Positions 29,301 to 44,458 of a DNA stretch of 64,000 nt are shown here, piece by piece. Positions within the stretch are counted from its first letter, which is position 1; every line of letters starts with the position of its first letter. The notes beneath the pieces are model-generated. The model did no database searches and had not been told where the DNA came from. It worked only from the letters and a program-made list of their open reading frames with translations. The position numbers were made by a program, and so were the translations under genes. Where the stretch lies: assembly GCF_009914755.1 (NCBI RefSeq), contig NC_060925.1. The stretch is one strand, 5' to 3'. This DNA is from the human T2T-CHM13v2.0 reference genome, Homo sapiens.

Positions 29301-30545
29301 GAATCTTCGAACGGACCCGAATGGAATCATCTAATGGAATGGAATGGAATAATCCATGGACTCGAATGCAATCATCATCGAATGGAATGGAATGGAATCA
29401 TCGAATGGACTCGAATGGAATAATCATTGAACGGAATCGAATGGAATCATCATCGGATGGAAATGAATGGAATCATCATCGAATGGAAATGAAAGGAGTC
29501 ATCATCTAATGGAATTGCATGGAATCATCATAAAATGGAATCGAATGGAATCAACATCAAATGGAATCAAATGGAATCATTGAACGGAATTGAATGGAAT
29601 CGTCATCGAATGAATTGACTGCAATCATCGAATGGTCTCGAATGGAATCATCTTCAAATGGAATGGAATGGAATCATCGCATAGAATCGAATGGAATTAT
29701 CATCGAATGGAATCGAATGGAATCAACATCAAACGGAAAAAAACGGAATTATCGAATGGAATCGAAGAGAATCATCGAATGGACCCGAATGGAATCATCT
29801 AATGGAATGGAATGGAATAATCCATGGACTCGAATGCAATCATCATCGAATGGAATCGAATGGAATCATCGCATGGACTCGAATGGAATAATCATTGAAC
29901 GGAATCGAATGGAATCATCATCGGATGGAAATGAATGGAATCATCATCGAATGGAATCGAATAGAATTATGGAATGAAATCCAGTGTGATCATCATCGAA
30001 TGGACCCGAATGGAATCATCATCCAACGGAAGCTAATGGAATCAACATCGAATGAATCGAATGGAAACACCATCGAATTGAAACGAATGGAATTATTATG
30101 AAATTGAAATGGATGGACTCATCATCGAATGGATTCGAATGGAATCATCGAATAAAATTGACTGAAATCATCATCCAATGGAATCGAATGGTATCATTGA
30201 ATGGAATCGAATGGAATCATCATCAGATGGAAATGAATGGAATCGTCATAGAATGAAATCGAATGGATTCATTGAATGGAATCAGATGGAATCATCGAAT
30301 GGACTGGAATGGAATCATTGAATGGACTCGAAAGGGATCATGATTGAATGGAATTGAATGGAATCATCGAATGGTCTCGATTGGAATCATTATCAAATGG
30401 AATCGAATGGAATCACCGAATAGAATCGAATGGAACAATCATCGAATGGACTCAAATGGAATTATCCTCAAATGGAATCGAATGGAATTATCGAATGCAA
30501 TCGAATGGAATAATCGAATGCAATCGAATAGAATCATCGAAAGGA
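23340..30545 (+). repeat. Segment with two-unit (3552 bp) periodicity of variants
   Basis: Variant pairs offset by 3552: 23340/26892, 25116/28668, 26320/29872, 26544/30096, 26610/30162, 26704/30256. GAAAGGACT at 23438/26990/30542. Confidence 0.78.
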
Positions 30546-30741
30546 CTCGAATGGAATCATCGAATGGAATGGAATGGAACAGTCAATGAAGTCGAATGGA
30601 ATCATCATTGAATGGAATCGAATGGAATCATCGACTGGAATCGAATGGAATTATGATCAAATGGAATCGAATGTAATCATCATCAAATGGAATCAAAAAT
30701 AACCATCATCAATTGGTATTGAATGGAATTGTCATCAAATG

Positions 30742-32049
30742 GAATTCAAAGGAATCATCATCAAATGGAACCGAATGGAATCCTCATTGAATGGAAATGA
30801 AAGGGGTCATCATCTAATGGAATCGCATGGAATCATCATCAAATGGAATAGAATGGAATCATCATCAAATGGAATCTAATGGAATCATTGAACAGAATTG
30901 AATGGAATCGTCATCGAATGAATTGAATGCAATCATCGAATGGTCTCGAATGGAATCTTCTTCTAATGGAAAGGAATGGAATCATCGCATAGAATCGAAT
31001 GGAATTATCATCGAATGGAATCGAATGGTATCAACACCAAACGGAAAAAAACGGAATTATCGAATGGAATCGAAGAGAATCTTCGAACGGACCCGAATGG
31101 AATCATCTAATGGAATGGAATGGAATAATCCATGGACTCGAATGCAATCATCATCGAATGGAATCGAATGGAATCATCGAATGGACTCGAATGGAATAAT
31201 CATTGAACGGAATCGAATGGAATCATCATCGGATGGAAATGAATGGAATCATCATCGAATGGAATCGAATAGAATTATGGAATGAAATCCAGTGTGATCA
31301 TCATCGAATGGACCCGAATGGAATCATCATCCAACGGAAGCTAATGGAATCAACATCGAATGAATCGAATGGAAACACCATCGAATTGAAACGAATGGAA
31401 TTATCATGAAATTGAAATGGATGGACTCATCATCGAATGGATTCGAATGGAATCATCGAATAAAATTGATTGAAATCATCATCCAATGGAATCGAATGGT
31501 ATCATTGAATGGAATCGAATGGAATCATCATCAGATGGAAATGAATGGAATCGTCATAGAATGGAATCGAATGGATTCATTGAATGGAATCAGATGGAAT
31601 CATCGAATGGACTGGAATGGAATCATTGAATGGATTCGAAAGGGATCATGATTGAATGGAATTGAATGGAATCATCGAATGGTCTCGATTGGAATCATTA
31701 TCAAATGGAATCGAATGGAATCACCGAATAGAATCGAATGGAACAATCATCGAATGGACTCAAATGGAATTATCCTCAAATGGAATCGAATGGAATTATC
31801 GAATGCAATCGAATGGAATTATCGAATGCAATCGAATAGAATCATCGAATGGACTCGAATGGAATCATCGAATGGAATGGAATGGAACAGTCAATGAACT
31901 CGAATGGAATCATCATTGAATGGAATCGAATGGAATCATCGAGTGGAATCGAATGGAATTATGATCAAATGGAATCGAATGTAATCATCATCAAATGGAA
32001 TCAAAAATAACCATCATCAATTGGTATTGAATGGAATTGTCATCAAATG
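30742..32049 (+). repeat. Truncated 1308-bp unit with a single hybrid A/B sub-repeat (468-bp deletion)
   Basis: Landmark spacing 30902 to 32210 = 1308 = 1776-468. The ORF at 30902 has the A-type start (ELNA...RIFERT) and the B-type end (MESNRIME). Confidence 0.95.
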
Positions 32050-35000
32050 GAATTCAAAGGAATCATCATCAAATGGAACCGAATGGAATCCTCATTGAAT
32101 GGAAATGAAAGGGGTCATCATCTAATGGAATCGCATGGAATCATCATCAAATGGAATCGAATGGAATCATCATCAAATGGAATCTAATGGAATCATTGAA
32201 CAGAATTGAATGGAATCGTCATCGAATGAATTGAATGCAATCATCGAATGGTCTCGAATGGAATCATCTTCTAATGGAAAGGAATGGAATCATCGCATAG
32301 AATCGAATGGAATTATCATCGAATGGAATCGAATGGTATCAACACCAAACGGAAAAATACGGAATTATCGAATGGAATCGAAGAGAATCTTCGAACGGAC
32401 CCGAATGGAATCATCTAATGGAATGGAATGGAATAATCCATGGACTCGAATGCAATCATCATCGAATGGAATCGACTGGAATCATCGAATGGACTCGAAT
32501 GGAATAATCATTGAACGGAATCGAATGGAATCATCATCGGATGGAAACGAATGGAATCATCATCGAATGGAAATGAAAGGAGTCATCATCTAATGGAATT
32601 GCATGGAATCATCATAAAATGGAATCGAATGGAATCAACATCAAATGGAATCAAATGGAATCATTGAACGGAATTGAATGGAATCGTCATCGAATGAATT
32701 GACTGCAATCATCGAATGGTCTCGAATGGAATCATCTTCAAATGGAATGGAATGGAATCATCGCATAGAATCGAATGGAATTATCATCGAATGGAATCGA
32801 ATGGAATCAACATCAAACGGAAAAAAACGGAATTATCGAATGGAATCGAAGAGAATCATCGAATGGACCCGAATGGAATCATCTAATGGAATGGAATGGA
32901 ATAATCCATGGACTCGAATGCAATCATCATCGAATGGAATCGAATGGAATCATCGAATGGACTCGAATGGAATAATCATTGAACGGAATCGAATGGAATC
33001 ATCATCGGATGGAAATGAATGGAATCATCATCGAATGGAATCGAATAGAATTATGGAATGAAATCCAGTGTGATCATCATCGAATGGACCCGAATGGAAT
33101 CATCATCCAACGGAAGCTAATGGAATCAACATCGAATGAATCGAATGGAAACACCATCGAATTGAAACGAATGGAATTATCATGAAATTGAAATGGATGG
33201 ACTCATCATCGAATGGATTCGAATGGAATCATCGAATAAAATTGATTGAAATCATCATCCAATGGAATCGAATGGTATCATTGAATGGAAACGAATAGAA
33301 TCATCATCAGATGGAAATGAATGGAATCGTCATAGAATGGAATCGAATGGATTCATTGAATGGAATCAGATGGAATCATCGAATGGACTGGAATGGAATC
33401 ATTGAATGGACTCGAAAGGGATCATGATTGAATGGAATTGAATGGAATCATCGAATGGTCTCGATTGGAATCATTATCAAATGGAATCGAATGGAATCAC
33501 CGAATAGAATCGAATGGAACAATCATCGAATGGACTCAAATGGAATTATCCTCCAATGGAATCGAATGGAATTATCGAATGCAATCGAATGGAATTATCG
33601 AATGCAATCGAATAGAATCATCGAATGGACTCGAATGGAATCATCGAATGGAATGGAATGGAACAGTCAATGAACTCGAATGGAATCATCATTGAATGGA
33701 ATCGAATGGAATCATCGAGTGGAATCGAATGGAATTATGATCAAATGGAATCGAATGTAATCATCATCAAATGGAATCAAAAATAACCATCATCAATTGG
33801 TATTGAATGGAATTGTCATCAAATGGAATTCAAAGGAATCATCATCAAATGGAACCGAATGGAATCCTCATTGAATGGAAATGAAAGGGGTCATCATCTA
33901 ATGGAATCGCATGGAATCATCATCAAATGGAATCGAATGGAATCATCATCAAATGGAATCTAATGGAATCATTGAACAGAATTGAATGGAATCGTCATCG
34001 AATGAATTGAATGCAATCATCGAATGGTCTCGAATGGAATCATCTTCTAATGGAAAGGAATGGAATCATCGCATAGAATCGAATGGAATTATCATCGAAT
34101 GGAATCAAATGGTATCAACACCAAACGGAAAAAAACGGAATTATCGAATGGAATCGAAGAGAATCTTCGAACGGACCCGAATGGAATCATCTAATGGAAT
34201 GGAATGGAATAATCCATGGACTCGAATGCAATCATCATCGAATGGAATGGAATGGAATCATCGAATGGACTCGAATGGAATAATCATTGAACGGAATCGA
34301 ATGGAATCATCATCGGATGGAAACGAATGGAATCATCATCGAATGGAAATGAAAGGAGTCATCATCTAATGGAATTGCATGGAATCATCATAAAATGGAA
34401 TCGAAAGGAATCAACATCAAATGGAATCAAATGGAATCATTGAACGGAATTGAATGGAATCGTCATCGAATGAATTGACTGCAATCATCGAATGGTCTCG
34501 AATGGAATCATCTTCAAATGGAATGGAATGGAATCATCGCATAGAATCGAATGGAATTATCATCGAATGGAATCGAATGGAATCAACATCAAATGGAAAA
34601 AAACGGAATTATCGAATGGAATCGAAGAGAATCATCGAATGGACCCGAATGGAATCATCTAATGGAATGGAATGGAATAATCCATGGACTCGAATGCAAT
34701 CATCATCGAATGGAATCGAATGGAATCATCGAATGGACTCGAATGGAATAATCATTGAACGGAATCGAATGGAATCATCATCGGATGGAAATGAATGGAA
34801 TCATCATCGAATGGAATCGAATATAATTATGGAATGAAATCCAGTGTGATCATCATCGAATGGACCCGAATGGAATCATCATCCAACGGAAGCTAATGGA
34901 ATCAACATCGAATGAATCGAATGGAAACACCATCGAATTGAAACGAATGGAATTATTATGAAATTGAAATGGATGGACTCATCATCGAATGGATTCGAAT

Positions 35001-35601
35001 GGAATCATCGAATAAAATTGATTGAAATCATCATCCAATGGAATCGAATGGTATCATTGAATGGAATCGAATGGAATCATCATCAGATGGAAATGAATGG
35101 AATCGTCATAGAATGGAATCGAATGGATTCATTGAATGGAATCAGATGGAATCATCGAATGGACTGGAATGGAATCATTGAATGGACTCGAAAGGGATCA
35201 TGATTGAATGGAATTGAATGGAATTATCGAATGGTCTCGATTGGAATCATTATCAAATGGAATCGAATGGAATCACCGAATAGAATCGAATGGAACAATC
35301 ATCGAATGGACTCAAATGGAATTATCCTCAAATGGAATCGAATGGAATTATCGAATGCAATCGAATGGAATTATCGAATGCAATCGAATAGAATCATCGA
35401 ATGGACTCGAATGGAATCATCGAATGGAATGGAATGGAACAGTCAATGAACTCGAATGGAATCATCATTGATTGGAATCGAATGGAATCATCGAGTGGAA
35501 TCGAATGGAATTATGATCAAATGGAATCGAATGTAATCATCATCAAATGGAATCAAAAATAACCATCATCAATTGGTATTGAATGGAATTGTCATCAAAT
35601 G

Positions 35602-37354
35602 GAATTCAAAGGAATCATCATCAAATGGAACCGAATGGAATCCTCATTGAATGGAAATGAAAGGGGTCATCATCTAATGGAAGCGCATGGAATCATCATC
35701 AAATGGAATCGAATGGAATCATCATCAAATGGAATCTAATGGAATCATTGAACAGAATTGAATGGAATCGTCATCGAATGAATTGAATGCAATCATCGAA
35801 TGGTCTCGAATGGAATCATCTTCTAATGGAAAGGAATGGAATCATCGCATAGAATCGAATGGAATTATCATCGAATGGAATCGAATGGTATCAACACCAA
35901 ACGGAAAAAAACGGAATTATCGAATGGAATCGAAGAGAATCTTCGAACGGACCCGAATGGAATCATCTAATGGAATGGAATGGAATAATCCATGGACTCG
36001 AATGCAATCATCATCGAATGGAATCGAATGGAATCATCGAATGGACTCGAATGGAATAATCATTGAACGGAATCGAATGGAATCATCATCGGATGGAAAC
36101 GAATGGAATCATCATCGAATGGAAATGAAAGGAGTCATCATCTAATGGAATTGCATGGAATCATCATAAAATGCAATCGAATGGAATCAACATCAAATGG
36201 AATCAAATGGAATCATTGAACGGAATTGAATGGAATCGTCATCGAATGAATTGACTGCAATCATCGAATGGTCTCGAATGGAATCATCTTCAAATGGAAT
36301 GGAATGGAATCATCGCATAGAATCGAATGGAATTATCATCGAATGGAATCGAATGGAATCAACATCAAACGGAAAAAAACAGAATTATCGTATGGAATCT
36401 AAGAGAATCATCGAATGGACCCGAATGGAATCATCAAATGGAATGGAATGGAATAATCCATGGACTCGAATGCAATCATCATCGAATGGAATCGAATGGA
36501 ATCATCGAATGGACTCGAATGGAATAATCATTGAACGGAATCGAATGGAATCATCATCGGATGGAAATGAATGGAATCATCATCGAATGGAATCGAATAG
36601 AATTATGGAATGAAATCCAGTGTGATCATCATCGAATGGACCCGAATGGAATCATCATCCAACGGAAGCTAATGGAATCAACATCGAATGAATCGAATGG
36701 AAACACCATCGAATTGAAACGAATGGAATTATCATGAAATTGAAATGGATGGACACATCATCGAATGGATTCGAATGGAATCATCGAATAAAATTGATTG
36801 AAATCATCATCAAATGGAATCGAATGGTATCATTGAATGGAATCGAATGGAATCATCATCAGATGGAAATGAATGGAATCGTCATAGAATGGAATCGAAT
36901 GGATTCATTGAATGGAATCAGATGGAATCATCGAATGGACTGGAATGGAATCATTGAATGGACTCGAAAGGGATCATTATTGAATGGAATTGAATGGAAT
37001 CATCGAATGGTCTCGATTGGAATCATTACCAAATGGAATCGAATGGAATCACCGAATAGAATCGAATGGAACAATCATCGAATGGACTCAAATGGAATTA
37101 TCCTCAAATGGAATCGAATGGAATTATCGAATGCAATCGAATAGAATCATCGAATGGACTCGAATGGAATCATCGAATGGAATGGAATGGAACAGTCAAT
37201 GAACTCGAATGGAATCATCATTGAATGGAATCGAATGGAATCATCGAGTGGAATCGAATGGAATTATGATCAAATGGAATCGAATGTATTCATCATCAAA
37301 TGGAATCAAAAATAACCATCATCAATTGGTATTGAATGGAATTGTCATCAAATG
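35602..37354 (+). repeat. 1753-bp unit (23-bp deletion), copy 1
   Basis: Spacing 35762 to 37515 = 1753; only one GAATTATCGAATGCAATC at ~37121. Confidence 0.93.
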
Positions 37355-40300
37355 GAATTCAAAGGAATCATCATCAAATGGAACCGAATGGAATCCTCAT
37401 TGAATGGAAATGAAAGGGGTCATCATCTAATGGAATCGCATGGAATCATCATCAAATGGAATCGAATGGAATCATCATCAAATGGAATCTAATGGAATCA
37501 TTGAACAGAATTGAATGGAATCGTCATCGAATGAATTGAATGCAATCATCGAATGGTCTCGAATGGAATCATCTTCTAATGGAAAGGAATGGAATCATCG
37601 CATAGAATCGAATGGAATTATCATCGAATGGAATCGAATGGTATCAACACCAAACGGAAAAAAACGGAATTATCGAATGGAATCGAAGAGAATCTTCGAA
37701 CGGACCCGAATGGAATCATCTAATGGAATGGAATGGAATAATCCATGGACTCGAATGCAATCATCATCGAATGGAATCGAATGGAATCATCGAATGGACT
37801 CCAATGGAATAATCATTGAACGGAATCGAATGGAATCATCATCGGATGGAAATGAATGGAATCATCATCGAATGGAAATGAAAGGAGTCATCATCTAATG
37901 GAATTGCATGGAATCATCATAAAATGGAATCAAATGGAATCAACCTCAAATGGAATCAAGTGGAATCATTGAACGGAATTGAATGGAATCGTCATCGAAT
38001 GAATTGACTGCAATCATCGAATGGTCTCGAATGGAATCATCTTCAAATGGAATGGAATGGAATCATCGCATAGAATCGAATGGAATTATCATCGAATGGA
38101 ATCGAATGGAATCAACATCAAACGGAAAAAAACGGAATTATCGAATGGAATCGAAGAGAATCATCGAATGGACCCGAATGGAATCATCTAATGGAATGGA
38201 ATGGAATAATCCATGGACTCGAATGCAATCATCATCGAATGGAATCGAATGGAATCATCGAATGGACTCGAATGGAATAATCATTGAACGGAATCGAATG
38301 GAATCATCATCGGATGGAAATGAATGGAATCATCATCGAATGGAATCGAATAGAATTATGGAATGAAATCCAGTGTGATCATCATCGAATGGACCCGAAT
38401 GGAATCATCATCCAACGGAAGCTAATGGAATCAACATCGAATGAATCGAATGGAAACACCATCGAATTGAAACGAATGGAATTATCATGAAATTGAAATG
38501 GATGGACTCATCATCGAATGGATTCGAATGGAATCATCGAATAAAATTGATTGAAATCATCATCGAATGGAATCGAATGGTATCATTGAATGGAATCGAA
38601 TGGAATCATCATCAGATGGAAATGAATGGAATCGTCATAGAATGGAATCGAATGGATTCATTGAATGGAATCAGATGGAATCATCGAATGGACTGGAATG
38701 GAATCATTGAATGGACTCGAAAGGGATCATGATTGAATGGAATTGAATGGAATCATCGAATGGTCTCGATTGGAATCATTATCAAATGGAATCGAATGGA
38801 ATCACCGAATAGAATCGAATGGAACAATCATCGAATGGACTCAAATGGAATTATCCTCCAATGGAATCGAATGGAATTATCGAATGCTATCGAATGGAAT
38901 TATCGAATGCAATCGAATAGAATCATCGAATGGACTCGAATGGAATCATCGAATGGAATGGAATGGAACAGTCAATGAACTCGAATGGAATCATCATTGA
39001 ATGGAATCGAATGGAATCATCGAGTGGAATCGAATGGAATTATGATCAAATGGAATCGAATGTAATCATCATCAAATGGAATCAAAAATAACCATCATCA
39101 ATTGGTATTGAATGGAATTGTCATCAAATGGAATTCAAAGGAATCATCATCAAATGGAACCGAATGGAATCCTCATTGAATGGAAATGAAAGGGGTCATC
39201 ATCTAATGGAATCGCATGGAATCATCATCAAATGGAATCGAATGGAATCATCATCAAATGGAATCTAATGGAATCATTGAACAGAATTGAATGGAATCGT
39301 CATCGAATGAATTGAATGCAATCATCGAATGGTCTCGAATGGAATCATCTTCTAATGGAAAGGAATGGAATCATCGCATAGAATCGAATGGAATTATCAT
39401 CGAATGGAATCGAATGGTATCAACACCAAACGGAAAAAAACGGAATTATCGAATGGAATCGAAGAGAATCTTCGAACGGACCCGAATGGAATCATCTAAT
39501 GGAATGGAATGGAATAATCCATGGACTCGAATGCAATCATCATCGAATGGAATCGAATGGAATCATCGAATGGACTCGAATGGAATAATCATTGAACGGA
39601 ATCGAATGGAATCATCATTGGATGGAAATGAATGGAATCATCATCGAATGGAAATGAAAGGAGTCATCATCTAATGGAATTGCATGGAATCATCATAAAA
39701 TGGAATCAAATGGAATCAACCTCAAATGGAATCAAGTGGAATCATTGAACGGAATTGAATGGAATCGTCATCGAATGAATTGACTGCAATCATCGAATGG
39801 TCTCGAATGGAATCATCTTCAAATGGAATGGAATGGAATCATCGCATAGAATCGAATGGAATTATCATCGAATGGAATCGAATGGAATCAACATCAAACG
39901 GAAAAAAACGGAATTATCGAATGGAATCGAAGAGAATCATCGAATGGACCCGAATGGAATCATCTAATGGAATGGAATGGAATAATCCATGGACTCGAAT
40001 GCAATCATCATCGAATGGAATCGAATGGAATCATCGAATGGACTCGAATGGAATAATCATTGAACGGAATCGAATGGAATCATCATCGGATGGAAATGAA
40101 TGGAATCATCATCGAATGGAATCGAATAGAATTATGGAATGAAATCCAGTGTGATCATCATCGAATGGACCCGAATGGAATCATCATCCAACGGAAGCTA
40201 ATGGAATCAACATCGAATGAATCGAATGGAAACACCATCGAATTGAAACGAATGGAATTATCATGAAATTGAAATGGATGGACTCATCATCGAATGGATT

Positions 40301-43300
40301 CGAATGGAATCATCGAATAAAATTGATTGAAATCATCATCCAATGGAATCGAATGGTATCATTGAATGGAATCGAATGGAATCATCATCAGATGGAAATG
40401 AATGGAATCGTCATAGAATGGAATCGAATGGATTCATTGAATGGAATCAGATGGAATCATCGAATGGACTGGAATGGAATCATTGAATGGATTCGAAAGG
40501 GATCATGATTGAATGGAATTGAATGGAATCATCGAATGGTCTCGATTGGAATCATTATCAAATGGAATCGAATGGAATCACCGAATAGAATCGAATGGAA
40601 CAATCATCGAATGGACTCAAATGGAATTATCCTCAAATGGAATCGAATGGAATTATCGAATGCAATCGAATGGAATTATCGAATGCAATCGAATAGAATC
40701 ATCGAATGGACTCGAATGGAATCATCGAATGGAATGGAATGGAACAGTCAATGAACTCGAATGGAATCATCATTGAATGGAATCGAATGGAATCATCGAG
40801 TGGAATCGAATGGAATTATGATCAAATGGAATCGAATGTAATCATCATCAAATGGAATCAAAAATAACCATCATCAATTGGTATTGAATGGAATTGTCAT
40901 CAAATGGAATTCAAAGGAATCATCATCAAATGGAACCGAATGGAATCCTCATTGAATGGAAATGAAAGGGGTCATCATCTAATGGAATCGCATGGAATCA
41001 TCATCAAATGGAATCGAATGGAATCATCATCAAATGGAATCTAATGGAATCATTGAACAGAATTGAATGGAATCGTCATCGAATGAATTGAATGCAATCA
41101 TCGAATGGTCTCGAATGGAATCATCTTCTAATGGAAAGGAATGGAATCATCGCATAGAATCGAATGGAATTATCATCGAATGGAATCGAATGGTATCAAC
41201 ACCAAACGGAAAAATACGGAATTATCGAATGGAATCGAAGAGAATCTTCGAACGGACCCGAATGGAATCATCTAATGGAATGGAATGGAATAATCCATGG
41301 ACTCGAATGCAATCATCATCGAATGGAATCGACTGGAATCATCGAATGGACTCGAATGGAATAATCATTGAACGGAATCGAATGGAATCATCATCGGATG
41401 GAAACGAATGGAATCATCATCGAATGGAAATGAAAGGAGTCATCATCTAATGGAATTGCATGGAATCATCATAAAATGGAATCGAATGGAATCAACATCA
41501 AATGGAATCAAATGGAATCATTGAACGGAATTGAATGGAATCGTCATCGAATGAATTGACTGCAATCATCGAATGGTCTCGAATGGAATCATCTTCAAAT
41601 GGAATGGAATGGAATCATCGCATAGAATCGAATGGAATTATCATCGAATGGAATCGAATGGAATCAACATCAAACGGAAAAAAACGGAATTATCGAATGG
41701 AATCGAAGAGAATCATCGAATGGACCCGAATGGAATCATCTAATGGAATGGAATGGAATAATCCATGGACTCGAATGCAATCATCATCGAATGGAATCGA
41801 ATGGAATCATCGAATGGACTCGAATGGAATAATCATTGAACGGAATCGAATGGAATCATCATCGGATGGAAATGAATGGAATCATCATCGAATGGAATCG
41901 AATAGAATTATGGAATGAAATCCAGTGTGATCATCATCGAATGGACCCGAATGGAATCATCATCCAACGGAAGCTAATGGAATCAACATCGAATGAATCG
42001 AATGGAAACACCATCGAATTGAAACGAATGGAATTATCATGAAATTGAAATGGATGGACTCATCATCGAATGGATTCGAATGGAATCATCGAATAAAATT
42101 GATTGAAATCATCATCCAATGGAATCGAATGGTATCATTGAATGGAAACGAATAGAATCATCATCAGATGGAAATGAATGGAATCGTCATAGAATGGAAT
42201 CGAATGGATTCATTGAATGGAATCAGATGGAATCATCGAATGGACTGGAATGGAATCATTGAATGGACTCGAAAGGGATCATGATTGAATGGAATTGAAT
42301 GGAATCATCGAATGGTCTCGATTGGAATCATTATCAAATGGAATCGAATGGAATCACCGAATAGAATCGAATGGAACAATCATCGAATGGACTCAAATGG
42401 AATTATCCTCCAATGGAATCGAATGGAATTATCGAATGCAATCGAATGGAATTATCGAATGCAATCGAATAGAATCATCGAATGGACTCGAATGGAATCA
42501 TCGAATGGAATGGAATGGAACAGTCAATGAACTCGAATGGAATCATCATTGAATGGAATCGAATGGAATCATCGAGTGGAATCGAATGGAATTATGATCA
42601 AATGGAATCGAATGTAATCATCATCAAATGGAATCAAAAATAACCATCATCAATTGGTATTGAATGGAATTGTCATCAAATGGAATTCAAAGGAATCATC
42701 ATCAAATGGAACCGAATGGAATCCTCATTGAATGGAAATGAAAGGGGTCATCATCTAATGGAATCGCATGGAATCATCATCAAATGGAATCGAATGGAAT
42801 CATCATCAAATGGAATCTAATGGAATCATTGAACAGAATTGAATGGAATCGTCATCGAATGAATTGAATGCAATCATCGAATGGTCTCGAATGGAATCAT
42901 CTTCTAATGGAAAGGAATGGAATCATCGCATAGAATCGAATGGAATTATCATCGAATGGAATCAAATGGTATCAACACCAAACGGAAAAAAACGGAATTA
43001 TCGAATGGAATCGAAGAGAATCTTCGAACGGACCCGAATGGAATCATCTAATGGAATGGAATGGAATAATCCATGGACGCGAATGCAATCATCATCGAAT
43101 GGAATGGAATGGAATCATCGAATGGACTCGAATGGAATAATCATTGAACGGAATCGAATGGAATCATCATCGGATGGAAACGAATGGAATCATCATCGAA
43201 TGGAAATGAAAGGAGTCATCATCTAATGGAATTGCATGGAATCATCATAAAATGGAATCGAAAGGAATCAACATCAAATGGAATCAAATGGAATCATTGA

Positions 43301-44458
43301 ACGGAATTGAATGGAATCGTCATCGAATGAATTGACTGCAATCATCGAATGGTCTCGAATGGAATCATCTTCAAATGGAATGGAATGGAATCATCGCATA
43401 GAATCGAATGGAATTATCATCGAATGGAATCGAATGGAATCAACATCAAATGGAAAAAAACGGAATTATCGAATGGAATCGAAGAGAATCATCGAATGGA
43501 CCCGAATGGAATCATCTAATGGAATGGAATGGAATAATCCATGGACTCGAATGCAATCATCATCGAATGGAATCGAATGGAATCATCGAATGGACTCGAA
43601 TGGAATAATCATTGAACGGAATCGAATGGAATCATCATCGGATGGAAATGAATGGAATCATCATCGAATGGAATCGAATATAATTATGGAATGAAATCCA
43701 GTGTGATCATCATCGAATGGACCCGAATGGAATCATCATCCAACGGAAGCTAATGGAATCAACATCGAATGAATCGAATGGAAACACCATCGAATTGAAA
43801 CGAATGGAATTATTATGAAATTGAAATGGATGGACTCATCATCGAATGGATTCGAATGGAATCATCGAATAAAATTGATTGAAATCATCATCCAATGGAA
43901 TCGAATGGTATCATTGAATGGAATCGAATGGAATCATCATCAGATGGAAATGAATGGAATCGTCATAGAATGGAATCGAATGGATTCATTGAATGGAATC
44001 AGATGGAATCATCGAATGGACTGGAATGGAATCATTGAATGGACTCGAAAGGGATCATGATTGAATGGAATTGAATGGAATTATCGAATGGTCTCGATTG
44101 GAATCATTATCAAATGGAATCGAATGGAATCACCGAATAGAATCGAATGGAACAATCATCGAATGGACTCAAATGGAATTATCCTCAAATGGAATCGAAT
44201 GGAATTATCGAATGCAATCGAATGGAATTATCGAATGCAATCGAATAGAATCATCGAATGGACTCGAATGGAATCATCGAATGGAATGGAATGGAACAGT
44301 CAATGAACTCGAATGGAATCATCATTGATTGGAATCGAATGGAATCATCGAGTGGAATCGAATGGAATTATGATCAAATGGAATCGAATGTAATCATCAT
44401 CAAATGGAATCAAAAATAACCATCATCAATTGGTATTGAATGGAATTGTCATCAAATG

